Assembly: GCA_964035575.1 (NCBI GenBank)
Contig: OZ037840.1
Span: 992,001-1,056,000, forward strand
DNA: 64,000 nt
Source: Rhynchopus sp. YZ270_cl-10
Taxonomy: Eukaryota
Direction: 5' to 3'
Position 1 is the stretch's first letter; each line of letters opens with the position of its first letter. Positions 12,359 through 24,299 of this stretch are shown here, piece after piece. A program made the position numbers and the translations under genes. Below the pieces are notes generated by a model that saw only the letters and a program-made list of their open reading frames with translations, ran no database searches and had not been told where the DNA came from.

Positions 12359-13778
12359 TAAAATAGAAAAAATCTGAAAAGATGTTTTAATACCAGTAGG
12401 TGTTGAAGTGATTGTTGTTGTTTGACTGATGCAACAAACAAATGTAAACTATCCTTTGCCGAGTGTGACAGAATTGAGTTGAATGAATGCCTACCTCCTC
12501 TGGGGGGGTGGCCGGCGGGGAAAAAGTGTGAAAAAATGTATGAGAAACGAAAAAAAGAAAACACAATATGGGTGAATGCGTAAAACCCCCCCTCCCCTAA
12601 ATTTCACTACGATTTTTGATTTTTTTTTATTTCTGTTGGGAGGCTATGAGAGGTCGAGGTGCATGTACAAGGGGTGTTTGGGGGGTCTGGGGGGCCTGGG
12701 GACCCTGGGTGGGTGTTTTGGGGTCTTTTTTATGATGTGCGACGCTTTTTTGGACATGTAGGTGTATTGTGGCCTGTCTTACCACAGGTTTTACACGTTG
12801 TACTGTAAAATCGTTTAATTTGTCACAATTTAATTAACTGATTTGAAATATCAGTCATAAATAAACTTTGTCACACCCTAATAATATGTGTCACATTAAA
12901 TGATGATTTAATTTATGTTTATGGTTATTTTTGTGTCTACTTTTTAAAGTACGCGATGCTTTTCGCTCCCTGAGTACAAAAAAAGTTTAAAAAAATGTTT
13001 CCACCTCACCTTCCCACTTTTGAAATGAGGGCAGTCTCTCAACTGTAACCTCCAAAACCCCTTCTTAGCATGTAGCCGTGCACCGTGACGCGGACTACCC
13101 CTTTGAAGGTTCTTTTCTTCCTTAAAGTTGCTCTTAAGGGTTCAGGACGAACTACGTCTATACCTTCCGTAGTAAAGGCTTCGGCCAACTTTGAATACAA
13201 ACCCGAATTCTCCCACCTGGTGGGATTACTCGGCGATTGTCGACACAACAAAAAGTACTTTTCTGTTCTGTGTTCGTCTCGATGTCAGCCAGTAGAGAAA
13301 GCGTTGTCTCCTGTGCTCCGCACAGCCCCCTTTCAACCGTCTACAGCGTCTTCTCACACCTGACCACCCTTCCCACCACAGCCTCCCCATATGTGGTCCC
13401 AAAACATAATTAAATCATCATAAATGGGGTGATCTGGGGTCTTTTTTTTCAAGATTATTCACTAGCCATTCACAAAAATTCACAAAAATTCACAAATATT
13501 CACAAATATTCACGAAAACCTACACACCCGCGTATCACGTGTGTTTCCGCCTCGTTGTGAATTTTTGTGAATTTTTGTAAATTTTTGTGTTTTTTGTAAA
13601 TTTTTGTGTTTTTTTGTGATTTTTTGTGATTTTTTTTTTGGTTTTTGGTGTGGTGCATAACCGATTACCCGTGTTTCTACCAGTTTAAACGACGGCATTT
13701 GCATTTCCGGAATCCGCCCGGCCAGTGGTGGGGTCAATTTGCCGAAATGGACAAGTTCTCGTTTTTGGTCAATTTCCG

Positions 13779-14004
13779 CAGTATACACAGTATACACAGT
13801 ATACACAGTATACACAGTATACACAGTATACACAGTATACACAGTATACACAGTATACACAGTATACACAGTATACACAGTATACACAGTATACACAGTA
13901 TACACAGAAAACACAGTATACACAGAAAACACAGTATACACAGAAAAAACAGAAGACACAGTATACACAGAAAACACAGTATACACAGTATACACAGTAT
14001 ACAC
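13779..14004. repeat. (CAGTATACA)n 9-bp satellite, degenerate toward the 3' end
   Basis: Direct reading. Confidence 0.95.
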
Positions 14005-14016
14005 GGGGGATTGGGA

Positions 14017-14435
14017 GTACAGTACAGTACAGTACAGTACAGTACTGTACAGTACAGTACAGTACAGTACAGTACAGTACAGTACAGTACAGTACAGTAC
14101 AGTACAGTACAGTACAGTACAGTACAGTACAGTACAGTACAGTACAGTACAGTACAGTACAGTACAGTACAGTACAGTACAGTACAGTACAGTACAGTAC
14201 AGTACAGTACAGTACAGTACAGTACAGTACAGTACAGTACAGTACAGTACAGTACAGTACAGTACAGTACAGTACAGTACAGTACAGTACAGTACAGTAC
14301 AGTACAGTACAGTACAGTACAGTACAGTACAGTACAGTACAGTACAGTACAGTACAGTACAGTACAGTACAGTACAGTACAGTACAGTACAGTACAGTAC
14401 AGTACAGTACAGTACAGTACAGTACAGTACAGTAC
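14017..14435. repeat. (CAGTA)n 5-bp satellite
   Basis: Direct reading, about 84 units. Confidence 0.97.
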
Positions 14436-15515
14436 TGCAAACCCAAAAAAATCACAACCCCAGCACTAACGATTCACATAAATTCACAAAAATTCACATA
14501 AATTCACAACACCTGCAGAAAACCTTCACAAAAATTCACAAAAATTCACAAAACCTGCACTAGCGATTCACATAAATTCACAAAAATTCACATTCATTCA
14601 CATTCATTCACAAAAGATCCCACACATGGTGTATCACGTGTGTTTTCGCCTCGTTGTGAATTTTTGTGAATGGCTGGTGAATAATCTTGAAAAAAAAGTC
14701 CCCAGATCACCCCAATAAAAATGTGTCACTTATATACTATGTCATTTTGTCACCATTTTTGACATTCTGTCACATTATCGTAAGTGACAAATTAAACGAT
14801 TTTACAGTATGTGAAACTGAGGAAACTGAAGAAATAAAAGACCGCGTTCTCTTAGCCATGCGGTGAAGGGCCTCTGTCATCTCTTCTTCGTCTTGAGGGA
14901 CAGGATCGTGCTCCTCACACATTCCTGGACACCATCAAGGTAGCTGTTGAGTCCAACTCTGGGCATTCTTTATGTGACTATCTGTTCTGGGGGTAGGGAG
15001 TAAAAATAGCCCAAAAACACGCAAAAATACCCCAAAATGGGTCAAAATAAGTATATTTTTTACCAAAAGCCCCCAAAACCCGCCGGAAAATGGTTTTGGG
15101 GGTGGTTCTGGGCAGTTTTCGGCACTGATTTCTGGTAAAACCTCAAAAATCGTAGTGAAAATTAGGGGAGGGGGGGTTTTACGCATCGACCCATATACAA
15201 CAATGATTTGGTGTTGAAAAAAAAAAAAAAGCGATTTCTATTTTTTTCCCGCTCTTCTTACGACTTTGAATACAATTTCCCTTGTCCTCTCAGTATTAAA
15301 AGACATCATCTCCAACAAATTTTGTAAAAACTCACTCAGCTGATGCGACGCGATAACAAATGTTCTCAAAAAGGTGACTTAAGTTAAGGTGATTTTTTTT
15401 GTCAATACTGTTACACGAGACAACCCATCGCTCTAACTCATAAGCTTTCCGAAAACCCTTCAAAAAAGCACACCTTACGACACCCTCTACAGAGACAGAT
15501 TTTTATTTTAAAAAA

Positions 15516-16388
15516 ATGGTGGACGTTTGGATGCAGCACCCTACGAGGACGTTCCTCTCCCAGCCTTTCTTCGCTTCGCTCAACCGCTGGAATAAGAAGG
15601 GGCCCATGGGTGCGCAGGAGGAAACCCTCATGAAGATGGCCTGCAATGTCAAGACGACGGTCGGCATGCTTGACGCCGCCGGGCTTGAGGTGGGACTGAT
15701 CAGCGCCTGGCACGGCCCGCAAGGGTTTCTCATCAGCAACGACGAAGTCGCGGAATTTTCTAAAAAAAGCAACGGCCGTCTCATTGGCGTAGGCACCGTC
15801 GACATTCGTGAACCCCTCAATGCTGTGAAAGAAATCCGCCGTTGCGTCAACGAGCTTGGCTTCAAAGGAATCAGGGTGCTTCCATGGCTTTGGGAAACCC
15901 CTCCAACCGACCGTCTATTCTACCCTGTATACGCAGCATGCGAGGAGCTGGGTGTTCCACTGTGTCTTCAGGTAGGCCACACCGGGCCTTTGAAGCCCTC
16001 TGAATATGGTCGCCCCATTCCGTATGTCGACCAAATGGCGTTGGATTTCCCTACCTTGAAGATTGTGTGCGGTCATATTGGGTATCCCTGGACGCAGGAG
16101 ATGATTGCCGTTGCCACGAAACATCAGAATGTGTATATCGACACCTCAGCGTACACCGTCGATAGGTATCCAGAGGAGATCAAGAAGTACATTGTGTCGA
16201 AGTCGGGGAGGAAGAAGGTCATGTTTGGGTCGAACTACCCGATGATTCCGCCGCAGAAGTGTCTGAAGAATGTGGACAGCATGTTCGAAGGTCTTCCGGA
16301 AGCAGAGGCGAAGGAGGCAAAGGGATTGTTCATGAAGGGAAACGCAGAGAGGGTGTTCCGCCTGGTGCTTAAAAAAGGAAAGCTTTGA
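15516..16388 (+). CDS. Amidohydrolase_2-family metal-dependent hydrolase, intronless
   Basis: DVWMQHP, GFKGIRVLPWLW, YPVYAACEELGVP, QVGHTG, CGHIGYPW, NVYIDTSA, KVMFGSNYP: the TIM-barrel amidohydrolase motif pattern. Confidence 0.85.
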   Translation: MVDVWMQHPTRTFLSQPFFASLNRWNKKGPMGAQEETLMKMACNVKTTVGMLDAAGLEVGLISAWHGPQGFLISNDEVAEFSKKSNGRLIGVGTVDIREPLNAVKEIRRCVNELGFKGIRVLPWLWETPPTDRLFYPVYAACEELGVPLCLQVGHTGPLKPSEYGRPIPYVDQMALDFPTLKIVCGHIGYPWTQEMIAVATKHQNVYIDTSAYTVDRYPEEIKKYIVSKSGRKKVMFGSNYPMIPPQKCLKNVDSMFEGLPEAEAKEAKGLFMKGNAERVFRLVLKKGKL

Positions 16389-16956
16389 GAACAAAAAAAG
16401 TAGTGGTGTTCATCCTCGGGTGTCCACCAAATTTTCAAGGGGAAAAAAAATACCCAAAAAAAAAAAAAAATTGGAGGTACAAGTGCCTTGAGGACGTTTT
16501 TCTTTTTTAAAGTGGTTGTAGCGCTTAAAAGGCGCGAAAAGGATCTAAACGTATTTTCCCCGCAGTATTATTAGAAAAACCGGCTATCTACTGATATAAT
16601 ATACCCCCAACGTTTTTTGATCGCCTTTTTTGATGGAAAGACCGACTGTTTTTCTCTTATTGTTTAATAACTTTGCGCCGATTCAGAATTTCACATACTA
16701 TTTGGCTGCGTTCAACGAAAAGTTTTTTTTTTGTGTGATCTGGGGTGAGGAAGCGTTCCAACTTTTCAATATCTCCCCCATTTTTCTATTCGCGATTCAA
16801 CAGAGTGTGTACATTAATATTTTTTATCCGATCTACCCGTATTTCTTGTTCTTTACCCCACCCAGAAGCTTTGACCACCTTACTAAATTTTTCTTGTTTG
16901 CGTAGCGGAAGACTTCGTTTTTTTAATGGCACAGACCAGGGTACATTTAGGGCATA

Positions 16957-17060
16957 CACGGTGGCCCGAACGGACCCTTAGGGTACGGTCCGCGGGGTAC
17001 CCCCCAAATCTGAGGGGTACCCCGCGGGGTACCCCTCAAAGGGTCCAACGGGCCACCGTA
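16957..17060. mobile_element. About 104-bp palindromic MITE, TA TSD
   Basis: TA-CACGGTGGCCCGAACGGACCCTT ... AAGGGTCCAACGGGCCACCGTA-TA, with internal GGGGTACCCC palindromes. Confidence 0.7.
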
Positions 17061-17401
17061 TACCCTATTATCCCTTCCCCTATTCAGTAGAATAGAAAAG
17101 TAAAAGAAATAATTTTTTGTCCGGAAGCTACACTTTCAAATAACCATTTTTTTCCCCCCCTCAACCAAACCAAACCATCCTCGCTGCGCACTGCGGCGGG
17201 TGTGGATTGAAGTCTTGAAAAACAATAACAACAACAACAAACAACTAATTGCTAAGGGGGAAAACAAATGGGGTGCGCTGTGGAAAACCCCCTCGCCAGG
17301 TTTTCGAAACCACCGGTTGCGATCGACGACGAGTTTTTGTCTGTGGATTCTGTGTTCCTTCCGCACTGCTTCCGACGACGATGAGTGGGAACCTGTGGAC
17401 G

Positions 17402-17496
17402 ACGAGCTACGAGCTACGAGCTACGAGCTACGAGCTACGAGCTACGAGCTACGAGCTACGAGCTACGAGCTACGAGCTACGAGCTACGAGCTACGA
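17402..17496. repeat. (GAGCTAC)n 7-bp satellite
   Basis: About 13 perfect units. Confidence 0.95.
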
Positions 17497-17994
17497 TCTG
17501 GAACACGCCGAGTCCGCCTCTGCAGCCATCGAACAAATGGTTATCGAAGCCTCCCCATGTCCACAGACCCCCGTCTTTTTCTTTTCGATAGCAATTACTT
17601 TGTTTGCCTCTGTATCTCTTTTTATCGTCGTCCATCTCCAACAAAAAAAAAATGTACCGTAACCGTATTAAGGACTGTAATGAATTATGATGGTCCAATT
17701 TGCAAAAAAACAAATACCCCCTCAAAGATCCGGTATAATACAGTTTTTGTCTGAGGGTGTGAAGACAGAATATATACGGTCCATATAACTTACGATTACG
17801 GTGTTTTTTTTTTTTTTTTTTGCGAAAAATAAATACCTAAACTGGTGCCCCCCCATATTTTTTTCTCTTCCCCCCCCCCCCTTCTGCCTGACACAGCCCC
17901 TCTTCAGAAATATTCTGTTATTCCCCCAGACTGCTCTGGCCCCTCTCCCAACACACCCTCCCCCATCAGTTTTAGTTTCCCCCCCCCCCCTAGG

Positions 17995-20900
17995 CATACC
18001 TAGAAAGCGAATATGATATTCGGCCTATATTCGGATCCGAATATGCGTATTCGCCCTATATTCGGATCCGAATATAGGCGAATATAGGCCGAATATGACC
18101 CGAATACACGTATCACCAACAGGAATGTATCATATTTTTGAAATAGACCCCACCACGTTCCGCAATTGGCTCGGAAAATCCAAAAATGGGGGGGAAGGGG
18201 AAAAAAAGAGAAAAAAAAGTCCAAAAAAAAAGAAGAAAGAAAGTCACTTTTGTATTTCGAAGCCCCGCGGGCTTTCCATGAATTTTCGCCGAAAATTATC
18301 GCGTTTAGGTTTGCACAATATATGACGTGCTTCGGTGAATTCTTTTCGGTGCACCCCTACACTATCAACAGGAATTTATCAGTTTAAACGCTAAAAAAAA
18401 TATCATCAATGGGCCCAAAAAGCAGAAAGAGGAAGGTCGACGAGACGACCATTGTCTCGAGCAACACGGACGCGAGCGATTCCTCTTCCACCAGGGCACA
18501 AACAAAGAAAAGAGTGAAAAAATCAGCGAAGAAGGCAACGAATAAGCCTTCTACAAAGACTGCAAGCAAGCCACCAGCCAAGAAAGGCGGCGCGATAGAG
18601 AAGACCCCGGCGGAGAAGCGCAAAGAGACCATAGAGTCTCGGAAGAAGCTGAAGGAGGTGTCGGCGGAGGCGAAGGCGGGATCGTCGGTAACCGCGCAGG
18701 GTCGTTTAACCGCGCTGGAGAAGTACGACCGATCAATTGCAGAGTGTTATGAAGTATGTATCGCTAAAAATGTATTAAAAAACCGGTCAGTATAGAACAA
18801 AATGAGGGGCCACACTGCTACGGCGGCGCTAAAGTGACTAGGGTGAATACAAAGTAATAAAAAATAAAAAAAATGTAACAAATAACAAAAAAATCTCAGG
18901 TAATGGAGGTTGATGAGCTCCCCTTCGAGGAAAAGGCAGCAGCGAAGAAAACAGGGCGAAAGGGAGACGACACAGTTCTTTTTTGTGTACATTGCCGTGG
19001 AGTGGTGCAACACGGTGAAAGTAGTACCGCCAAGGTACACGTCCAAAGCGACCGCCACAAAAATAATGAGCGTAGGGAGAAGAAGAAGAAGAAGAAGGCT
19101 GCAGCTCCAGTTGGTGACACGAAGGAGAAGCGGCAGCAGGTGTTGACGCCGGTGATGGGGTTGGCGGCGTTTGTCACAACATGGGCATTGGCTGTGCTGG
19201 TCTGCGGACTCACAGAACGCCAAGCCGACATTATGTCGCTGCCAGTGCGTCCCCTCTTCGGAGAGGACTTCCCAACCGGGAAAACGGTCCTGGGCCGCTC
19301 CACGAAGTTCGTGAAGGAGATCGAGGGTGTGCTACTGAAGTTGGTTGAAGGGAAACCAATCCCTCTCGGGATAGATGGATCGGGTATGCTAATAAACAAA
19401 TGACCACTATCCCAAAATTTTTATTGCAGGACAGAGACATCTGGGTTTTTCGACATTGTGCATTGTAGCGTTCGTTGCAGGCCAAGCCCTCCTCATTCAT
19501 ATGGACGTAAAAGATACTGGAGAAGTCCACTGTGGTCGAGATGTGAAGGATGCTATCAACACAGCTCGAAAAAAATTTAATATCGCGCATTCTCCCGTGG
19601 TTGCTGATTATGGATCGATAAATGTGGTAGGGTTGTCTGACGAGGAAGCCAGTTGGTGTTTTGGCCACGTGACAAATTCGGCACTGAAAGCACACGTAAA
19701 AATTAACTACCAGCTGTCATATGTTTTTTGTACAGCGTTTAGTCAGCTTTTCTCTTGTAAAAGCCGACGAGTGCGCTGGCTCAATTTCCAGGAATCTTCT
19801 GTCAGCAACGCGCGTGAGTCGGCGGCGGACACACAAGACACCAGGATTCGTTTGAAAGTCGCTGTGGAGAAAAAAAGTGTCAGGGGCATGCAACGTTTGC
19901 TTCCGGGGCCGAAAATAGATGATATTGAAGAGCTTCTGGCCAAAGCAAAGGAGGTGTTGAGCGAAACGATCGATGTTGACGTTGAGAATGTTGATACGGC
20001 ATCGCCGAAGACACCATCACTCACCAGCGACACCCGGTGGTTAGCCATGGCCGACCTTGCTATACACATTAGAGACAGACATCAACCCCTGGTATCTTTC
20101 CTCGATAGTGAAATGGGGAGAAAGAAAAAGAACCAGTCTCTCCTCTCCCTCGTTGAACTTGTCAAAACGGACAGGTGGCAGGATCATGTACGCGAAGTGT
20201 CGGCATTTGCAAACGATATCGAACCTCTTCTTCCATTCCTCAGAAAGGTGCAAAATCCCGGCACCAAAATTGCAGCGAGCTGGTGGTTTCCAGAGATTCA
20301 GAGGGTACTCACCAACAGCGACTACTCTGCGAATATGCGCGAGTGTTTATCAGCAGCATGGGCCGAGTACAAGTCGAGAGACCGGTTTGAGAAGTTAATA
20401 TTCTTTGACTGCAATGTCATCCTCTCCGGGGACTATGATGATGATGACCTGCCGACAGGGGAGCCACAGTGTCAGGACGCAGAGATGCAGAAATGGGGTG
20501 CTATTTTCTATGCTTTGCGCGAACCGACCGTGTGGAACGAATTCATCCTGTACCTCAACGCCGAAGCCCTTTTGTTTCAGGATGTTACTGACCTGTTCGA
20601 GTTCTGGAGTCCAAGAGGCAGTGGAGGGTTACGCTTCCCGAATTTAGCGCCACACGTCCATGGATGGCTTTCAACCCCGATCAGCGTAACCTCAGTTGAT
20701 GGATTATTTTCTTCCTTAAGTGCAATGAAAAATAAACGCTCCTCGAATTTATCTAAGGAAAAGTTTATTGAGAAGCTGATGCTGCGGAAGAACGGCAAGC
20801 TCCTTGGATTGCTTCAGGACAAGAAGGGGCTCCTCGGCGAGGCGGTGGAGCAGTCGGAATCGTCAGATTCCGACTGTGAGCCTCTCGCCGAGGAGCTCGA

Positions 20901-21452
20901 GATGATACCAGTGTTCTAAATGCTGGTATCATCTCGAGCTGCTTTTTCATGAGCAAACAAAAAAAAAAAACAAAAAAAAACCCCTCTTTGTTTGCACTAC
21001 TCCTACTACTACTTCAATCTTAAGTCCACACCCACGTGGCGGACGCTTTGGCATGCGTCTGTAAGGACAGCCTTGATACTTTCTGTATTGCCTCTTTTCC
21101 ATCAACAGTGCTTTTTGTGCTTTCAACTTCTCTTGTTTTTGCAAAGACACCGATCATCAAAAGACCCCCACACCCACCCCCCAATACACGCGTTTCGCTA
21201 CCTCATGTCCCCACCCACCCCCATCCAAACTCACTCACACCCTTTCTGCAGTCTAGATTCTGTGTATTCGGATCCGAATATAGGGCGAATATGATATTCG
21301 GCCTATATTCGGATCCGAATATAGGCCGAATATGCATATTCGGCCTATATTCGGATCCGAATACGATATTCGGATCCGAATATAGGCCGAATATGGCCCA
21401 AGAATTTTGGATCCGAATATAGGCCGAATATCATATTCGCTTTCTAGGTATG
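17995..21452 (+). mobile_element. Full-length hAT-like DNA transposon with CATAC termini and 6-bp TSD CCTAGG
   Basis: TIR CATACCTAGAAAGCGAATATGATATTCGGCCTATATTCGGATCC with its inverse ending at 21452; CCTAGG at 17989-17994 and 21453-21458; subterminal ATATTCGGATCCGAATAT arrays at both ends; internal transposase. Confidence 0.9.
18409..20919 (+). CDS. hAT-family transposase, 3 exons (18409-18753, 18900-19383, 19430-20919), about 772 aa
   Basis: Basic NLS-like N-terminus; zinc finger FCVHC...HVQSDRH; LGIDGS (D1), VVADYGS (D2), CFGH, TRW; C-terminal FWS..FPNLA..WLSTPISVTSVDGLFS dimerization region. Both GTATG...CAG introns keep the frame. Confidence 0.85.
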
Positions 21453-23751
21453 CCTAGGGGGTACGACTCCAGCCATTTTTTGCGCACGGAAAATTCATTT
21501 GGCATTATCTGGTCATCTCCAAGGCAACTGCGGGTGAAAAACACCCTCAGAGTGGGTCACAGGGGGCCTGTGGGTCGAAAAACGACCCAGAAGCCACCCC
21601 AGAATACAAAAAAATGGAAAAAAATAGTGAAAAAACGGCTTTTTTCACGTTTTGGCCACTTTGGGCAAAATAGCGATTTTTCGAGAAAAAAATCAAAAAC
21701 CGGGATATTTTTTGACATCACAAAGCCTCCTTTGGCACAAATATACCCCAAAAGTGGCCTGTGAGTCCATTCCAACCTGTTTTGGACATATTTGACACTT
21801 TTGGAAGTGTTTTTTTGGTGTTTTTAGGTCAAAAAAATGCCCAAGACGTCCCCAAGACATCCCCAAGACACTTTGCACACCCCCTGTTACGGTCATATTT
21901 TTTTCGTTTTTTTGCCTGAAACCCCCAAAATACCCCTCCCGGACCCCACATAGTCCCGAATATCCATCACACACCCACTCAGAGTGAGTAGAAGCACCCC
22001 AAAAAAAATATCCCGCTCCTCCACACGGCGGGGTCCACACACCCGAGGGTCCGTAAATTTTACGGACCCTCTTTACGGACCCTCAAGTGCGGACCCGGGT
22101 CCGTAATTACGGACCCTAGGGTCCGTAATTACGTACCCTAGGGTACGTAATTACGTGGTCTAAGGTGGGAAATCACTGTTTGGATGTGTGACTGCTGGTC
22201 GAAAAGCCCTGGGAGCAAACCGAGTGGTACACAGGTATCACATGATAGACCATGATCATGTGGGCCTATCCCAAGTTACATACCGAAAAAAGTCGTGAGC
22301 TCGGTTAGTTGTCAAAGACGTCTTCCACCATGCACTGAGGAGATAATGATCCAACAATTTACAAGAAAGATTACTTAACCTACTGCTGGAAATTGCCAGG
22401 TCGTAGTAACACACAAAGTGTGCCTCCGTTCGGGAAGACCGGATATTCTAGAGACCAAAAAGGCCTCAAGAATATCTTCCGGTAGTCAAGGTATAACCGA
22501 GTGAACGGCCCAAGACCCCCGTGGAGAAGTTAAATGTTGTAATGCTATCAAGTAGAAACTGCGAACACTGTCTTACCCTCCTCAATACATGGTGGAATAT
22601 TTCTTTGACAACAAACCGAGCTCAAGAGTTTTTAAACTTCCCTGAGGGAATGCGAGACGCAAAATTTACCACCAGACCCTGTCTTCGTGCACCTTCGGTG
22701 CAACGCTGCAGACAGGCCAAACTGCGTTGGACTCAGAGGAATGCCTGCTGTGCAGTGTATCAATGAGAACCAAGTCCCAGCAACAAGGGGCGCCTTTTGG
22801 CGGGCGTTGTTGAGGGTGTTTGGGGTGCAAAGTTTTCCACAATTTTGATGCGCGGGTACAGAAGTGTTGTCTTGTTCTTTCATCTTTAGGAATGTAAATG
22901 TCAATCGCGTTTAACTACCACGAGGGCTTGTTCAGTGAACCCACAAGGGGTCGAAGGGGGTTGGTTATCCCATAGCTATCAAAGGTTGTGTCGACCAGGC
23001 TAATCCACTATGTTACGCTGTACGTTGTTAAATCCGAAGAAATAACACTTTAGCAGCCGCAGGAAGTTTGTTAAAAAGAGTGCCTCACGCTACACAAACC
23101 ACCACCCGCGATTGACTTAGATGTTATAACAAAGAGAATTCAGAACAAAACAACACCCTGCCCCATACACACTAAATTGTCATGCTTCAAGAGCATGCCT
23201 GGGCCAAAATTACTGTTGACCAAAAAGGCAACAAGACCACCCACAAGGAGTGTGAATTGTGCACTGGTTTTCTGGGGGAACGCAATATTTTCTTGTGTCT
23301 AGTCCTCCGCAAGCAGAGGACAGACTTTCCGGAAGGTTTCCAAAGTCGAATTTCTTGCACTAGCTATGCTCCCTTGGTTAATGGCTATAGCAGTGACTGA
23401 CTAAGTGTACCCACCCCCCTCCACCCAGATCTTCGTCCGCAAACTCAGAATAGATTGATGCGGGTAGATTTTGAGTTGTTGAATGTCGGACCGCGGTGAA
23501 GCTTCTCATCGCAATCGCGGGTGCAGTTCAGACTTCACGATCCTGTATAAGTGTAAATGTGGGGTGTGATTAAGTTATGGTATACAAACGTAGTAGTCGG
23601 GAAAGGTGAGGTTAATAAAAAAGGCTATTTATTGCCGTGAAATAAGATAGATTTTTTCCACGCTACAGGTCGAGAGAGTGACCTGCTGCACAAATGGTTC
23701 GAGTGAAGCGAGGTGAATTATGTGAAGCAGGTAACGAGCGCCTGTGGAACC

Positions 23752-23916
23752 AAATAGAAACGTAACACTCATCACACGATAAAACCCATGGGAGAGGTTG
23801 TGGCGAAACGCACACACCTCGACCTGAGGAGTGGCTCTGCAGCGCGGTTCGTCCCCAGAACCGCATGTGTTCAAAATGCTTTTTTTCTATTTCCTCCTTC
23901 ATGTCATGAGGTGACA
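23752..23916 (-). repeat. Family B repeat copy
   Basis: Reverse complement of 5603-5781. Confidence 0.9.
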
Positions 23917-24123
23917 CAAAATGATTGGTGCGTAAAAAAATAGCTATTTAATAGTGTGAACATTACGCGTTTATTTCGAGTTGAAAACACGAACAAGTTG
24001 AAATATGCGGCATTTTTTTGTTCAATCTTCACTAGTAACTGAAAGTTAAACATAATTACATACCTTGTCTTCCCCGTAACCTGCGCCTTCGCTGCTTTTA
24101 AGGTGCTTTCTCTGGGTGCCCCG

Positions 24124-24299
24124 TACCCAGTACCCAGTACCCAGTACCCCGTACCCCGTACCCAGTACCCCGTACCCAGTACCCAGTACCCAGTACCCAG
24201 TACCCAGTACCCAGTACCCAGTACCCAGTACCCAGTACCCAGTACCCAGTACCCAGTACCCAGTACCCAGTACCCAGTACCCAGTACCCAGTACCCAGT
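24124..24299. repeat. (CCCAGTA)n 7-bp satellite
   Basis: About 25 units, a few CCCCGTA variants. Confidence 0.95.

Larger units (their letters stand above)
13426..14713. mobile_element. Foldback-like TIR element (inner nested), 3-bp TSD AAT, carrying satellites
   Basis: About 60-bp TIR GGGGTGATCTGGGG...CAAGATTATTCAC..CCATTCACAAAAATTCACAA with TTCACAAAAA subrepeats; AAT at 13423-13425 and 14714-14716. Confidence 0.78.
12803..14807. mobile_element. Non-autonomous TIR element (middle nested), TA TSD
   Basis: CTGTAAAATCGTTTAATTTGTCAC / GTGACAAATTAAACGATTTTACAG; TA at 12801-12802 and 14808-14809. Confidence 0.8.
12569..15193. mobile_element. Non-autonomous TIR element (outer of three nested), TA-flanked, Tc1/mariner-like
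   Basis: About 50-bp TIR TGGGTGAATGCGTAAAACCCCCCCTCCCCTAAATTTCACTACGATTTTTGA with its near-perfect inverse at about 15143-15193; TA on both sides. Confidence 0.8.

Noticed and set aside
13510..14563. Long ORFs (YSTVQ, YTV repeats); likewise 17200-17754, 24046-24594 and 36551-37591
   Set aside because: Stop-free translations of satellites.
17986..21461. Longer TIR or 8-bp TSD for the hAT element
   Set aside because: The apparent extension arises because the 6-bp TSD CCTAGG is palindromic; the 8-bp candidates GGCATACC and GGTATGCC are not identical.
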